This document shows positions 40,731 through 55,607 of a DNA stretch of 64,000 bases, one piece after another. This DNA is from the human T2T-CHM13v2.0 reference genome, Homo sapiens: assembly GCF_009914755.1 (NCBI RefSeq), contig NC_060930.1; one strand, 5' to 3'. The position numbers were made by a program, and so were the translations under genes. A model generated the notes under the pieces. That model was not told the origin of the DNA. It worked only from the letters and a program-made list of their open reading frames with translations, and did not search any database. How positions within the stretch are numbered: position 1 is the first letter of the stretch; the number at the start of each line of letters is the position of its first letter.

Positions 40731-41444
40731 AGCCCTGTTTACTGGTGCAGCAGAGCAGTGGAATGGCAAGACCTTCTGCCTGTAGTCTCATTTGAAAGAT
40801 TTTGAAGCCATCCCAATGCTGTGCTGCTCATTCCTGGCTCCCGAAGAGGACAGGGCAGGGTTCACATAGATCTGGAGAAGGAAATGCTGACCCCTGCCAC
40901 CCCCCTGCCGCCCACACCCTGACACTTCACAGTTTTACTTGTGGCTGGCCCTTATCGTTAACTTAGTGGCTTTTAGTGATGCTCATAGCCTATGAAGTTG
41001 GAATTTTCCTAGAGTGCAAGAGAGCTTTCTCACCAGCTATCAGATTTCTTGCTGTTTCCTTAAGTAGAGCTGCATAAAACTCTGACCTAACCAGCCTTAC
41101 CATCAGAGAGCAGCTTTATTGAATTTCTCTCTTCTAACCTTGCTTAATACCTTCAAGAGCCCAGACTACTGAAAATATAAAATGATACTGAAGGATCGAT
41201 GAATACAAGAGGAAGTCTTGATGTTTTGCCTGTGCTTCTACTATCTATGAAATGCAGTAGAGCTGTGGCCAAGGTCTTATAGCACTGCAAGAAAGAGCTT
41301 GATTTGTAGGTTGCTGTTGCCCAAGCAATCTTGGCATTATGATAGCTTGAGTACTTAGAACCTGGATGATCATCTCCAGTGTGTGGGAAATCTCACTTAG
41401 GACTTAGGATTGGTCCACACTTTATCATTCATTTTCAACTTACG

Positions 41445-41616
41445 GTGAGATTGCCTGCATCAGAATAACTGGAGGGTGACCTTTAAAAATATGGATTCAT
41501 GGATGCTGCCCCTAACCTGCTGGACCAGAATTTCTGTTGGGAAGCCTAGGAATCTATGTTTTAACAAACTCTGCTGTCTGAGTGATTTTATAGTCATGAA
41601 GTTTTGAGAGTACTGC
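41445..41616. mobile_element. MER5-like
   Basis: tgcatcagaataactggag...ctaggaatctatgttttaacaa...gttttgagagtactg. Confidence 0.7.
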
Positions 41617-41959
41617 ACAGCTGTTCCTATTGATGTTGATATGCAGTCTATATCATCAAAATGTCTTGCTGATATATTTTGTGGAGCTCTTTGTTTACTA
41701 GGGTTTTATGTTGGGTTGTTGTCATTAAGATTATTATATTCAGTTAAAAGATACTGTACATGGAAAGACTTACATATCCTCTATTTACTTAATAATTGTT
41801 GGAACCCATTCCTGGATATCATCACGTGTGTATTTTGTTGACAATTCCATTGTCATGGTACATGTTATGTAATTCTCTAATTCAAACTTGACAACCAGTT
41901 AGCATGTATAGAACAAGAAACTGAAGCCCCTTTTATGCCCTACTGATGAAAGACCTTTC

Positions 41960-42192
41960 CTGGAGATGTGGCCACAATCCAAGGGATGCTGGCAGCTACC
42001 TGAAACCTGGAAGAGACTGGAACTGATTTTCCCCTAGAGCCTCCAGAGAGAACGTGGCCCTGGGAACACCTTGATTTTGGCTTAGTGAAGCTAATTTGAA
42101 ATGTCTCTCCTCTAGAACAATGGGATAATAAATTTCTGTTGTTTTACACTACCACAGGTAATTTGTTATAGCAGCCACAGGAAGCTAATAGG
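41960..42192 (+). mobile_element. MLT1 (C/D-like) LTR 3' part
   Basis: cccctagagcctccagag...aacaccttgattttgg...taatttgttatagcagccacaggaagctaata. Confidence 0.78.
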
Positions 42193-42700
42193 TCTGGGAA
42201 TATTAGTTTCTGACTGGCCAGATTTCTAGGGAAAATATTTTCCAAAGGAGGAAACTATATAGTATTTAAGTACATTTATAACAGCAACTTAACACTGTTA
42301 TATGACCATCACTGAGATATATAGCTGAGGGGGTCTCTTGAAGTTCTAATTGAGGGAATACAGCAATACAAGAGCTAACCCTTATCTGATTATCTCCATA
42401 TGAGTCAACATTTATAGGAAACCCTGGAGGAGTCACCTCTAGTCACCAAAACTCCCCAACATTGCTGCTTCATGCTTGACAACATTCTGACCTATGATGA
42501 TTTATTTAAAGCAGGACTCTGACTTATTTAAAGAAGGACTCAGAAGAAGCCATCCAGAATTTGCTGGTATTAAACGATTTTATAAGTAATGACATGTTTT
42601 ACCAAACCATACAATGATTAATTTCATAGAAAGGTATATACCAAAATATTAGGATGAAAACAATAAACGTAAATTCAGAGACAAAGTTTCACTCACTGTG

Positions 42701-43790
42701 AATTGGGAAACAATTCTCCATGGGCCTCTCATGTCTCCTACGTCATGAGAGCAGAGGCCCTGACTGCTTTGGTTTTGAACTATCTTTTCAAGGATGTTTA
42801 TATAGAAAACAGTCTCAGAAAATAGAGAATAGTGTCTCCATTCAGATCCAGGGAGGTTTGTTTATAACCTTGGATGGTAGAGAGAATATTTACCTTGAAA
42901 TAAAAGGTGTGCATGCTTGTCTGTTTTAAAAGATTTGTGTTACCTAATCTCTGGGTGCTTCTTCTGTAATGCAACCTACAGTGTGCAGGCATCAGTTGGA
43001 CCTCTCCACTTCACCCCGGGTTATTCAGTTTCTCCAGAGAGACAAAACCAATAGTACCCCACTGTGCGTGCACACACACACACACACACACACTCACACG
43101 CACACACACAGACACACACGATTTATTAGGGGAATTGGCTCATGCAATTATGGATGCTGAGAAGTACAATTGGCCATCTGCAGGCTGGACACTCTGGGAT
43201 GCTGGTAGTTTGACTCAGTTCAAGTCTGGAAGCCTCAAAACCAGGGAAGCTGATGGTGTAATTCTCAGTCTGAGGCCTAAGGCCTGAAAAACCAGGGGGT
43301 CACTGGTGTGTGCCCTGGAGTCCCAAGGACAGAAAGCCTAGAGTTCTCATGTCCAAAGGCAGAAAGAAGAGAGTGTCCTAGCTCCAGAAGAGAGAAAGAG
43401 TAAATTCTTTTCTGTCCTTTTTTTGTTCTATCTGGGCCTCCAACTGATTGGATGGTGCCTGCCAGATCTTCCCCACTCAGTCCACTGACTCACAGCTCAA
43501 TCTCCTCTGAAACACACCCTCACGGACACACCCAGAAGTAATACCTTACCATTTCTCTAGGTATTCCTTAATCCAATTGACACCTAAAATTAATTGCCAC
43601 ATAGCAAAGGGGAATTAAGGCTTGGGGGACTGGTGCAGAGGCTGACATTCTGGCTACTACTTTTGCTGTGAGTAATAAAGTTCCATGATCCAGGGGTTTT
43701 TCAGCTTCTTTCAGCACCCATGCAACTGTGGCAGGGTAATTGTTAGCTTGAAAATAGGATACAATCCCAGACTCTTCGAAGTTTTTGATA
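42701..43790 (+). mobile_element. MER54-like ERVL LTR split by MLT2B
   Basis: ttgggaaacaattctccatgggcctctc...gagcagaggccctgactgc; resumes at 43602 and includes gagtaataaag. Confidence 0.6.
43018..43601 (-). mobile_element. MLT2B LTR with internal (CA)n
   Basis: ttctccagagagacaaaaccaatag...ggaattggctcatgcaattatgg...ttgacacctaaaattaattgccaca. Confidence 0.85.
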
Positions 43791-43951
43791 ATGTGCCTTC
43801 AGGAAGAGCAATTGTGGAGGCACACATTCTCATTTATAATTGAGAGTTCTTCCTCTTGGCTCCGTAGGTAAACAATGTACATCCTATTCACACTACCCAG
43901 AATTCTCTTTCTGAGACCTGGTGATCTAATAATAGATATCTGTTTATGTAC

Positions 43952-44280
43952 TTCTATATATACACCCACATATGTGGGTGTATATATATATTTACCTGTA
44001 TATATATTATTATGTGTACATATATAACATGGTATAGACCATGTATATATTCTTCATCATGACCATGTATATGTATACACATATAATTATATATATACAC
44101 ATATATAGGTAAATATAAGCACACACACACATACACACTTTTATATATATTTGTCTGTATAGAGGTGTATATATGTGTGTATATATAAACATGTACATTT
44201 ATATGTGTGTACATATATTAATATATGTATATGTGTATATAGATTAATATATATGTGTGTATACAAAGATATATACATAT
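43952..44280. repeat. Degenerate (TA/TG/CA) low-complexity tract
   Basis: Alternating purine-pyrimidine, AT-rich. Confidence 0.9.
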
Positions 44281-44621
44281 TTTAAACTTCTAAAAAGTTC
44301 TTAAAACAGACTTTTAAACTTACAAGTAACAATACTGACAACTCTTAAATTTTCAGCTACGTTTCTTTCATGATTGAGTCAACATATAGAATATTGTATT
44401 TACCAAAAGGATAACCCTCTGTCTCTCCTAAAACAAAAAAGTTTTTTAGCTTTGCTTTTGATCAAGAATTCAACCCCAAATAAATTATAAAAATTTGTTA
44501 AAAAATAAAAACCAATATGAAAAATTTAGGGACTTCAATTTATTAGCAATTATTAGCAAAATTATTCTCTAAGCCCCATAGAAATGCAGTTTAGGAGGAA
44601 ATGCAAATATGGCACACACTA

Positions 44622-45200
44622 TATCCTTAATTACATCTGCAAAGTCCCTTTTGCCTTGTAAGATAACATTTACAAGTTGGGAGGATTAGGGCATGGATAA
44701 CTTTCAGGTGTCATTATTTTGCCAACCACAGTCCCTCCCTTTGGCCCCCAAAGATTAATATTCATACAACATGCAAAATACATTCACTTCACCTAAAGGT
44801 CTCTAGAAGTCTCAACCCATTATAGCATCAACTTAAGTCCAAAATCTCATCTACAAATCATCAACTCAGAAGTTGCAAATCTCATTATCTAAATATTCTA
44901 AGTTCAGTCCAGGTGAGGTTCTGGGTACATTTCATTCTGAGGCACAATTTCTTTCAATATGAACCTGTGAAAAATTATCAGCTCCCAAAATACAATGATG
45001 GGACAGGTATAGGATAGCTGTTATAGACATCTAGGTGAAATGAAAGAAAAATGGAAGGAAAAAAGGAGTTATCAGTCTCAAACAATTTAGCAATGTACCT
45101 GGGAACACTGCATGAGGTTTCAAGGCTTGAGAATAATCTTCTGTGGTTCATGCCTCTGCTCTCTAAAATCATAACTCTGAACTCTGGGATCACAGCTCCA
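44622..45200 (-). mobile_element. MLT1 LTR fragment plus MaLR internal sequence
   Basis: ttaattacatctgcaaagtcccttttgcc...ccaaccaca (44730), then acatgcaaaatacattcac...cccaaaatacaatgatgggacaggtatagg. Confidence 0.7.
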
Positions 45201-46001
45201 CCCTCTGTGTTCTTGATTCTCCCCTTAGAGATATGTGTGCTGGTTAATTTCCTCATATTTGTATATTCCCAAATTTCCATTTGTTATTTCATTGCATTAT
45301 GGTTGTATAACATGCATACAGATATTCCTCTGTTACTACCTTCTTTGTGTTACATAGATATTTTCTTGTGTTCCATTTTATTTTATTTTTGTTTCTCTTA
45401 CTATATTATCTTTAATTACTTTCTTAGTTGTCACCCTGGGGTTCAAAATTAACCTCTTAATTTAAAGCAATCTATTTTGGAGTAACATGAGCTTTGTTTT
45501 AATAGTATATAGAAACTGTTTTGCTATATAGCTCCATTCCCTTTTTCCTCTGTTGTGCTCTTATTATCATACAAATTACATCTTTATACATTTGTATCCA
45601 TCACCACAGTGTTCTTATTGTTTTATACAGTTTTAGTTGAGGTAGAAGAATTAGAAATGAAAATGCATTTTTTACTGACTTTACAGTTACCTATGTAAAT
45701 GTACATTTACCTATTTTTATTTCTTTGTATGTATTCTAGTTACTGTCTAATGTTCTTTAATTTCAGGCTGAAAGATTCTGTTTAATGTTTCTTAAAGTGC
45801 AGGCCAGCTAGTAACTAATTCAGTTTTTCCCTATCTGGGAATGTATTTCCTTCTTAATTTTAGCTTTGCTGGGCATAGAATTCTTGGTTGACAGTCTAAT
45901 AGTCTGGTATTTTATATCTGCTATTAAGTTTCCCTAGTGAACGTTTTCAGTAATTATTATAATTTTCAATTCCAGAATTTCTATTTAGTTATTTTTTATA
46001 A

Positions 46002-46319
<318 letters not shown>

Positions 46320-46805
46320 TAATTTGTATTTCTTTAATGATATTCTATATTTGGTAAGATAGAATTCTCACACCTTCTTTCCATTGTTCTTAGCACATGA
46401 ATTAAAAAAAATTTAGCCATATTTTTATAGCTGTTTTAGACTTTGTTTAGTAAGTCCAAAATCTGAACTTCCTCAGGTACCTTTTTTATTAACTTCTCTT
46501 TTTTTTTGTTTATATGTATCATCCTTTCCCATTGTTTTTGCATATCTCATAAATTTTTGTTGAAAACTGAACATTTTAAGTAATAAAGCAAGTGTGGAAA
46601 TCCAATTTCCCCACCTCCGCACCACATTCTGTGAGTTTTTTGTTTGTGTGTTTGTTTAGTGACTGTTTTTTGTTTCATGAATTTCCTGGACTGAATCTGT
46701 ATTCTTTATCACTTGCATCCACTGATGCTTGGTGTGTTCAGTTAGCTTACTGGTCAGCTAATGAATGCAATCAATAAGTCTCCCAGGCTTTGCAGAGGAG
46801 TTCTC

Positions 46806-46830
46806 CTCTCTCTCTCTCTCTCTCTCTTTC

Positions 46831-46871
<41 letters not shown>
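46806..46871 (+). repeat. (CT)n(GT)n compound microsatellite
   Basis: Directly visible. Confidence 0.95.
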
Positions 46872-46872
<1 letters not shown>

Positions 46873-47181
46873 GGGGCATGCCTTCAATGCTTTCACAGGC
46901 AACTCACAGGTCCGCCTTAGCTTTCACTTCCTGCTTGCACAGCCCTCATGGTCAGTCAGAGATGAGAGATAAGGACCTTCTCAGATCTTTCCTGAGTACG
47001 TAAACAGTCTTCCACATGCGCCTGGCCAGCCCTCTAAATTTCCAGATATGGGGCCTTTAAAAGCACTCTGTGGACGTTTCATTTCCCACTTTTTTACTTT
47101 ATATGTTTTGGTCACCTTCTTGTTAGTTCCAACTGGAATTACTGCCTCAGGCACCTGTACTATTAAACAGTTACTGCTAAT

Positions 47182-47495
<314 letters not shown>

Positions 47496-48049
47496 ACTGC
47501 TAATTGTTTTCTACAAATGCTTGCACAGAGTGAGCTCTGAGTCAGGTCAAAAAAAAAAGATAAACGCTAAGAATAAGGCTTTTCAGGGAGGTAGCAGACA
47601 GGTCAAATAGAGACAGTTCTCTGGGGATGAGGCTTTTGGAGAGCTTCAACCCCATTCTGCCCTATCCAGGGGCTGTTGGGCTGCTGGTTTTCATAATTTG
47701 GAAATAAACCAAATTAAAACACCACAGCACTTGCTGTTCTTACTGAGATTCAGTTGTTTTTCTGGAATAATGCTCTTAACATTGTTGCAAGGTGCTGGTT
47801 AATTTTCAGCATTCTGAAAAAGTCGACCATTTTTGCAAGTGTTGTTTTGCTTTAATGGAAGAATGAATTTTCAGAGGTTTTTACTCGCCATTCTGCCATT
47901 CTAGAAGTATATATATGTATTTTATTTTGCCTTACTAAGCTTTATTCATCATTTTGGACACAGGTTGGATGTCAATTCTACTAGGACATTTCTATGCTCT
48001 TAACATTTGTGTCTCTCCTAGATCTCCTAAAATGCCTTGTGGTTTACAC

Positions 48050-48192
48050 ACTGCATTTTAAATTACCTGTTTCTTATCTCTGTGCTCTAAACTCCTAGAT
48101 GCAGCGATCACGTTCTGCTCACTCTTATCCCCAGTACCTAAGAAAATGCCTGGGACACTGGACACTACTAACTATTGTTGAATGAATGAATT
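48050..48192 (+). mobile_element. L2 3' end
   Basis: ttatccccagtaccta...tgcctgggacac...tgttgaatgaatgaa. Confidence 0.7.
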
Positions 48193-48944
48193 CCTTTGAC
48201 ATATTTTTAAAATTTTCTAGCTTAAATAACCCATTAAATACCTAACAGATATAGTTTTGCTTGCCTCATTCAAAGTTTTAAGTCTTTGCGTTATTTGGGT
48301 CATATTTTATGTATTTATAGACTGAAGGTGTTCTTCACAACAAGATGGACATTTGCCTGTGTTTCCAGGTTTCATAAGCAATTCACTTGATTCTAAGAAT
48401 TTTCAATTTTTTTTCTTTCTTCTATTCTCTCCTTATGTCCATCTTGACAAAAGAATTACCAAGATCAGACATAAAAAGATAAAGTAAACTAAAAATAGTC
48501 TTAGTAGTGTTTTTGGAATAGGAAATGGAAAATCATTCTCTTTTCCCTTGGTGATGAAGGGGTGGTGTTTATAGGCTGATTACATGAAGATGAGTTTCAT
48601 GTTTTGTTTCTTTTTTAAAAAAATTCTAGCACCCACAGCAGGGTTCCTTCACCAGAAATCCTTGATTGAGGAGCTAAAGGCAATGAGAAATAAGTGTGGC
48701 TGCTAATTAGACACTTTGAGTGAGCAGAAGGGGAAAACGAGCCATATAGAACAGCAGGGACTGCCCATACTCTTGATATGTGACAACTCAAGATTTTAAA
48801 CTGTAGAGGCAATAGTCATACTGTTCTCTCTGGACAGTTTTAATTTGGGAGTCTTGACAGGCCAATGAAAATACTGGATAAATCAAGTAAAAAAATAAAT
48901 CATTAAGACAATACTCCATTCTTTTATTTTTGTGAAGGACTTAT

Positions 48945-49215
48945 TTTTATTTTTTAAATTAAACTTTGTTTTTAATCAGTTTTATTGATACATAATAGAT
49001 GCACATAATTTCAGGGTCATGTGATAATTTAATACAATCACATAATTTGTAAAAATCAAATCAGTGTAATTGGGATATCATCATCTTAAGTATCTGTCTC
49101 CTCTCTTCTAGCTGTTTTGAAATACACAATAGATTATTGTAAACTATGGTCCCCCTACTCTCTTTCAAACACTAGGTCTTATTTCTTCTATCAAACTGTG
49201 TATTTGTACCCATCA
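48945..49215 (-). mobile_element. L1MA 3' end fragment
   Basis: ttattgatacataatagatgcacat...aaatcagtgtaattgggatatc...tttgaaatacacaata. Confidence 0.8.
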
Positions 49216-51984
49216 ACACCCCATTCTTCAGCGAGCATTCCAAACAGTATTGTCAAAATACCTGGATGTTGAGTCTGATATGTCTAATGTGTTCTTCTAT
49301 GTTATATATAACAAATTCATAAGAGTATGATATTGATATTTTAATTAACTGCTTTCTTTCTTTTTCATGCTTTTTTAAAATTACTGAAACAGTAGCTGAC
49401 TATTAACAGCCTAAGAGCAAAATAACATTGTGATTCAGCCTAATACAGTTCCTTAGAATGCGGCCCTGTGACCCATCTGGTGATCTTTGTTCTGTATCAC
49501 TCTGCTCAGCAAGCCTACATGTGGAACTGATGCACTTAAATTTCTCACATTTGTAACACTGCCTCAGCACGGGAAGATTAGTAATCAAGCCAAACACTAG
49601 AAGGTAAAACAACATGTATATTTTCTTCTGTGAGTCATCCATCCAGTAAATAACCCATACAACTAGAAGAGGAGCACACAGCAAATACAGTAAGCTTGAA
49701 ACAAAGGTTTCAAATACAGGGTGTCAAACATTTCATACAATTCAAAGAACAGCCATTTATTCAGATTTTTTTAAACATGCCTGATGAACCCTCAGATGCT
49801 TTAACTGCTTCCTTTTTGTTTGTTTTTGATATATTGTCAAAAGGTCTAGCATATTAGTTACATTGGCAGAATTTTCAGATATAGTGACTGGTTTCTTTTT
49901 ATTTGCCAACAAATTAACAATAATAATTAGAACTTAACTTTCTCTTATGTTGATATAATGTATCCTGATTTGTAGGATTTTACTATTAGGCAAATTTATA
50001 TAATCATGTTAGGAAACTTAATTTCTAAATCATCCCTTTTTTCCCCTTAGCATTGATTGATGAGTTTTCAAGTAATGTATTTCAAGTAATAGGAACACAC
50101 CTATTCTTGGTCTAGAAACGTCAATGTTCAGACTTGCCTTAGATTTTGTGCTGGATTCAGACATACTGCCTGAAAGCAAAACAAAACAAAAAAACCCTAA
50201 AAAATGCAAATCTAGTCGTAAAGCTTCCCACATCTTGGATATGAGGAAAACAAATTATCATTTCAAATAAATTTTTAGTTCAATTTTCAATCTAGTGGAA
50301 CAATGTTCCTTTGTGTTCCAACAGTGGCTTGGCATGCATATTAGCTGAACAAGAATAACAGGAAAATACAGGGGAAAATTCTACTGGTTTTTAGTTCATG
50401 AGAACAAATGAAGAAAGCTCTGTCCCCACATATTCTATCTCAGCTGTCAAAGTTAGAGCCTGCGTGTTGACCCACTATTTGCAAAAGAAAGTAAGTTTTA
50501 GCTGAAACAATGCAATCCTCAAGATCACACCATAATTAGAGGCTTTCAATTTTATATTATCTATATCCTGTGTGAATGTGTCTGTCCACCAGAGTCTGCA
50601 CTGCTATTCTGGCAGCACTGTCTGCTCAGTAGTCCTGAGTGCTGCACACATAGGACGTGGCGCTGCTGAATGGTAATCCGGAATTCACAAAATGCTGACG
50701 GAGGCAGTAAACTGATAGTCACTGACGTGACTTTCAAAAAACTGCTCTATGAAATCATGAAGTGGAACCATGGAGGCTAATTAAACTCTTCTCAAACTTT
50801 CTGGTTGAGATATTGATTCCAATCAGAAGTTAGCTATACTTCCTATTAAAAGGTGATTCAGAAACTGAAGACATTTCCCTTCAGTTCTGTTCTTCAAGAT
50901 AAAGAAGCTGAAAATGCCTTCTAAATAGTGACGCATCACCCATAAAGATGGTCCTTAAACTTGAGATCAGGACAAAACATATCTAACTCAAAGTCATCAT
51001 TCAGACGCCACCTCTTCCATTAACTATGTGGTAGTCTATAATTAAAACAACACTTAAACCAACACAAAACTTTCCAAAAAGAGAACTTATCATCTAGAAT
51101 TTAATTCACTTTCTGTAAGATGGATTCCCATCTTCACAGCATGTTATCTATTTCATAAAAACTGGGGCATGTATATTCCCTTCATTAACATGTTTAAGAA
51201 TTAAAATGACGTTTTAGTGTTTTATTTATTATTATCTTTAAAAGTTGCAAGCATTAATATTGTATTACATAGTTTCTACTTTTAGTCACGGATTTATTAA
51301 ATAAAAGGCTTATACAAGTAAATTACTCAGTTTTTATAACCATCAATTTATGTGACTAAATCTTCTGATCTTATAAACAGGCTATGGGCATTGTAACTCT
51401 TTAACAATTGATTTTTTTTTCAATATTGAAATGAGATTGTGAAACATTGACAGTTAGATGAGTCTCTAGAATTTCAAAACAAGGATATGGATTCTTAAAG
51501 CCTAAAAGAATTTACACAACTCCCTCAGTAACTTAATTTAAAAGCAGGACATAAAACTCAGGAGGAGAAAAAGAATTCAATGTGTGGAAAGGAAAAGTGA
51601 GATAAGATGAAAGGATCATCCAAGGCAAACAACTTCAGACAAAGAATGTTTCATTTCAAAGCTATGAAATCTCAGCCATGAGGGAGAATTGTTGAAGGAG
51701 GAAATAAACATTAAACAGAATGAGAAAGGCTATAGAACTGAAGGGGCCCTAGAAACATTGGTGGGTGGGGCATAATGGGGAGAAACACATTTCCTGCCCA
51801 GTAGTCAGATTTCCTGTTGCATCTTTCCCTTCCCACTGGTCTTCCTTTCTCCACCTGCATGCTCTCTCCCTCTCTCCCTCTCCCACCTCCTCTTCTCTCT
51901 CTCTCTCCCTTTCTTTCTTCCCTTTACCTGGCATGGCTTTGCTTAGTGGAAATTGGAGTGCCAAATATGTACTAAGTCTGTAAC

Positions 51985-52190
51985 AGAACGAAAACTGGAC
52001 TTGAAATAAGAAGAATGGTGTTTAGTTCCAGCTCTGCAGCTTACAAGCTATGTGACCTTAGATAGGTCCCTCAACCTCTGTGAGTTTCAGTTTTCCCTGC
52101 TGCTGTGTCTACTGTTCAGGAATGTTGTGAAGCACAACAAAATGATACATGTTAGAGTGTTTCATTAACCATAAATGAGAATTATCCAAA
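51985..52190 (+). mobile_element. MIR
   Basis: ccagctctgcagcttacaagctatgtgaccttag...aacctctgtgagtttcagtttt. Confidence 0.75.
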
Positions 52191-55100
52191 TGCAGCTATA
52201 ACTATTTCTATTTCATGTTTGAATGTTGCCTTATAATTGCTTTGATAGTTTTCATATTCCTCCTATAAGAATATAAAAATTTCTTGGGGTGATCACTGTC
52301 CCTTATTCTCTTAGTGGTTTGTGCAGAGTAGAAGCAACGATTTTTTAAATTGAAATAACCATATGAAATAATAATACAATGATTTCAGGTCACATAAGCC
52401 CTTGTGTTATCAAATTGTAAGGTCAGGGAGAGAGGCCAAAGTATTCCAAAAGGCAGCCCCTGGAGCCCCAGCCACAGGAGTGGCTCATATTCCCGGATTC
52501 ATCCTCCCTTAGGATTCCGGTCTACACGTTCAGCCAATTTTAGCTTCCTCGTTTCTCTTAGAACGTCCCACATTGCCCTAAAGTGCTGACTTTCCTGGTA
52601 TGTCCATAACTGGGTTCTCTTCTAGCAGATTATACCTTTCTAAAATTAGACAATACTAGGCATACAATAGTATTGTTTTCTGTTCCTTTTTTAAGTTCCT
52701 AACTTGTTATAGTCTGCTTATGCCATTTTAAAGAGGAAACATGCCACTATTTTTGCTGTTCCTGACTTCTTTGGAAATACATTCATTTTTATTTTATTCA
52801 GTGAAAGAAAATATATACTCTTCATTTCTTGTTACTAATTAACTGAATTATTATATGCTTGCAGGCATTTTGCTGTGCAGAATTAGGATGTCTAGGAACA
52901 GTTTCAAAGACAAAGAAAATAGAGAGAGCTAAAAAATCCTGTGCTGCTTTTGACCTGGGTTACCATAACAGAACGAATATATGCTGCTGAGGCTTAAAAC
53001 ACCTCAGCTTTCAACACTCATAAAATTCCAATATCACAGGGTGCTGCAACTTGCATGCATGGAGCAGTCAAGGGGTTAAGCAAGCTTTCTATTTTATGGG
53101 CCTTTAAATCCTAAGTGATGTTCTGTGTTGCACATTACGAGGGCAGCCATGAAAGGGCATATATAACATTTTTTTTTTTATTCTTCACACCACCTGAGTA
53201 AGATTTTGAAAGCTGGGTAACATCCCAGGAGCAAGAAAAGCATAAAAGCATTCACCAGACACAGAAGGTAGACTAGATGCATTAAGATTAGTCACCACTT
53301 AAAAGAATATATGTGCATGCGCACACACATGTACATGTGCACACAAAAAGGAAACAATTTCAGAAAGGGTTCAGCTTTGCTTTTATAAGAAAAATATGTG
53401 AGCTCTAAAACACTTAAAAGAGGTTTTTTATATCAGGGTTTCTGTATAACTTGGGAATGCTATCAGATATGAAAATATCTATTTAAGTTATATTTCTAAA
53501 GATATGGTGGAATCATTGTTTCTTGGTTCATATAAATTTTTGAACCAAGAATTCAAATATTCTTGGCTGTATATGAGTCATCCTTATGGTTTTGCTTTAA
53601 AATAAAGTTTTACATTTCAAACCTTGCTAAATGCTAAATTCCTTGAGATAAAATATTTCCTGAGCTTTCTGGATGTACATTTTATAACTGATTTTTTGTA
53701 ATTCATATTAGTGTATAATTACTGAAGCAATAATCTATAAAAATATATTCACATTATGCATTTGAAAGCATTCGCTTTAGGGATTGAGCAATTATAATAG
53801 GATACAGGTGTAGGGGGATGAAATTTATACAAATATCTGTGTATAATTCAAAGCATCTCCTTTTTTGTTTTGTAAAAGCAAATCAACAATGGAGTGTGCC
53901 AAAATGCTTAACGTATAACAATAGCCAAAATCCATCATCTTTTAAATGTAAGATAGTATACACACACATTAGAAATACGCATGTCCAACTTTTCTTCATA
54001 ATTAGAAACAATTTTAACTTGGACCTATAGCTAATGAAAAAAATTGTGGTGTTGGTTGTTCTGTATTAGATATAACTAAAACACACTATTTTAATTAAGT
54101 GGTTCAAGTTATCTTCCTTTATTGGGCAGGGAAGCTGCAGAATAATATTGCTTCAGACTCAAATTTGTGAAAATTGAGTACAAAAATAATCAGGCTGTGA
54201 AATAAGAATCATAATAGTGCAGAGCTTTTAAGACTGTAATTAAGTATAAAATAATTATTGCAAATTACTTAGCATAGTACTTAGTATAAAACATGTACTT
54301 TATAAATTTAGCTATTTTTATTATTAGTTATTATTGATTTACCTATTAGTGAAATGAGGATAATATCTATCTCTCAGTGGTTTCAGTAGGATTAGTGATA
54401 TATATAATACGCTTCTCCTGCATCTATTTAAATTATTACATGGTTTTTTCACCTTTAATCTGTTAATATGGTGTATTACATTAATAGATTTGCAAATTTT
54501 AGCCCTTCTTTCATGGTATAAATTCAGTTTAGGTTATGTTCCATTATTCTTTAATATACCAGTAGATTCAATTTGATTATATTTTGTTTAGAGTCTTTGC
54601 ATCTGTATGAATGAAACTAGACTTTAGTTTTTCTTTCTTATCTTGTTTGTTTGTTTTGGTGTCATAGTATTTAATAAAATATACTGGGAAGTTTTTCATT
54701 TTTCTATTATATGGAACAGATTATTTAAAAAAGGAATGAGTTGTTTTTTGATTATATATTAGAATTTTAACTATTCAACTTCATTATATAACTTTTTAGA
54801 CTTTTAAATTTCCTGTTGAGAGTTTTGCTAAATTATGTTTTTCTAGGAATTTGCCAAGTTTTCATTAATTTTTAAAAGTATTGGCATGAATCTGTAAAAA
54901 AAGGTGGACATAATAAAATGCGCACCTCAGGGTATTGTATGTCATGAGGATTAAATGAAGTGATAAATATATAAAGGACTTAGAACAAGCCTAAGGCTTA
55001 TCAAACATTCAATAAATGTTACGTATTATTATCAATACTATTGCCTTTTAAATCTCTGCTCTATTTGTAGTTATATTCTATTCTTCATTCCTAATATTAA

Positions 55101-55491
55101 TGTGTCCCATCTTTCCTTGTTTGAGCTTATTGCAGCTTTCTTGATTTTTATCAGTCTTTTCAAAAAACCACTTTTATTTTGGAATTGTTGATTTCTTCTA
55201 CTACATTTTCTTTTCTTTTTCTAGTTCATTAATTTTTGCTTTTATTTTTTAAAGGTTTTCATTTATACTTCTTTGCTTCTCTCATCCCTGATGTTTCTAT
55301 CTTCTTATATAATATGCTTAGCTCATTAAATTTTAGCTTTTGTCTTTTCTAAATATATGTTTTTGAGGATACATGTTTCCCTTTAAGAACTTCATTAGTT
55401 ACAGCCAACCATATTTTTTCCATTGTATTAAGGATAAAAACACGTGGTAAAGTGAATAAAATGCACTGATCTTAAGCAAACAGTTCAAACA

Positions 55492-55565
55492 ATATATATA
55501 TATTTATATATATACACACACATACACACTATATATATACACACACACAAAAAGAATATATGTAT

Positions 55566-55606
<41 letters not shown>
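55492..55606 (+). repeat. (TA)n/(CA)n microsatellite
   Basis: Ends in ~19 perfect CA units. Confidence 0.95.

Positions 55607-55607
<1 letters not shown>

Noticed and set aside
44978-45452. 100 and 133 aa ORFs
   Set aside because: They span a MaLR-internal/L1 junction and have no domain similarity
53520-53566. 11-bp perfect hairpin (ttcttggttca/tgaaccaagaa) with an overlapping alternative 8-bp stem
   Set aside because: A stem this short is plausible by chance in 64 kb of AT-rich DNA; no supporting context
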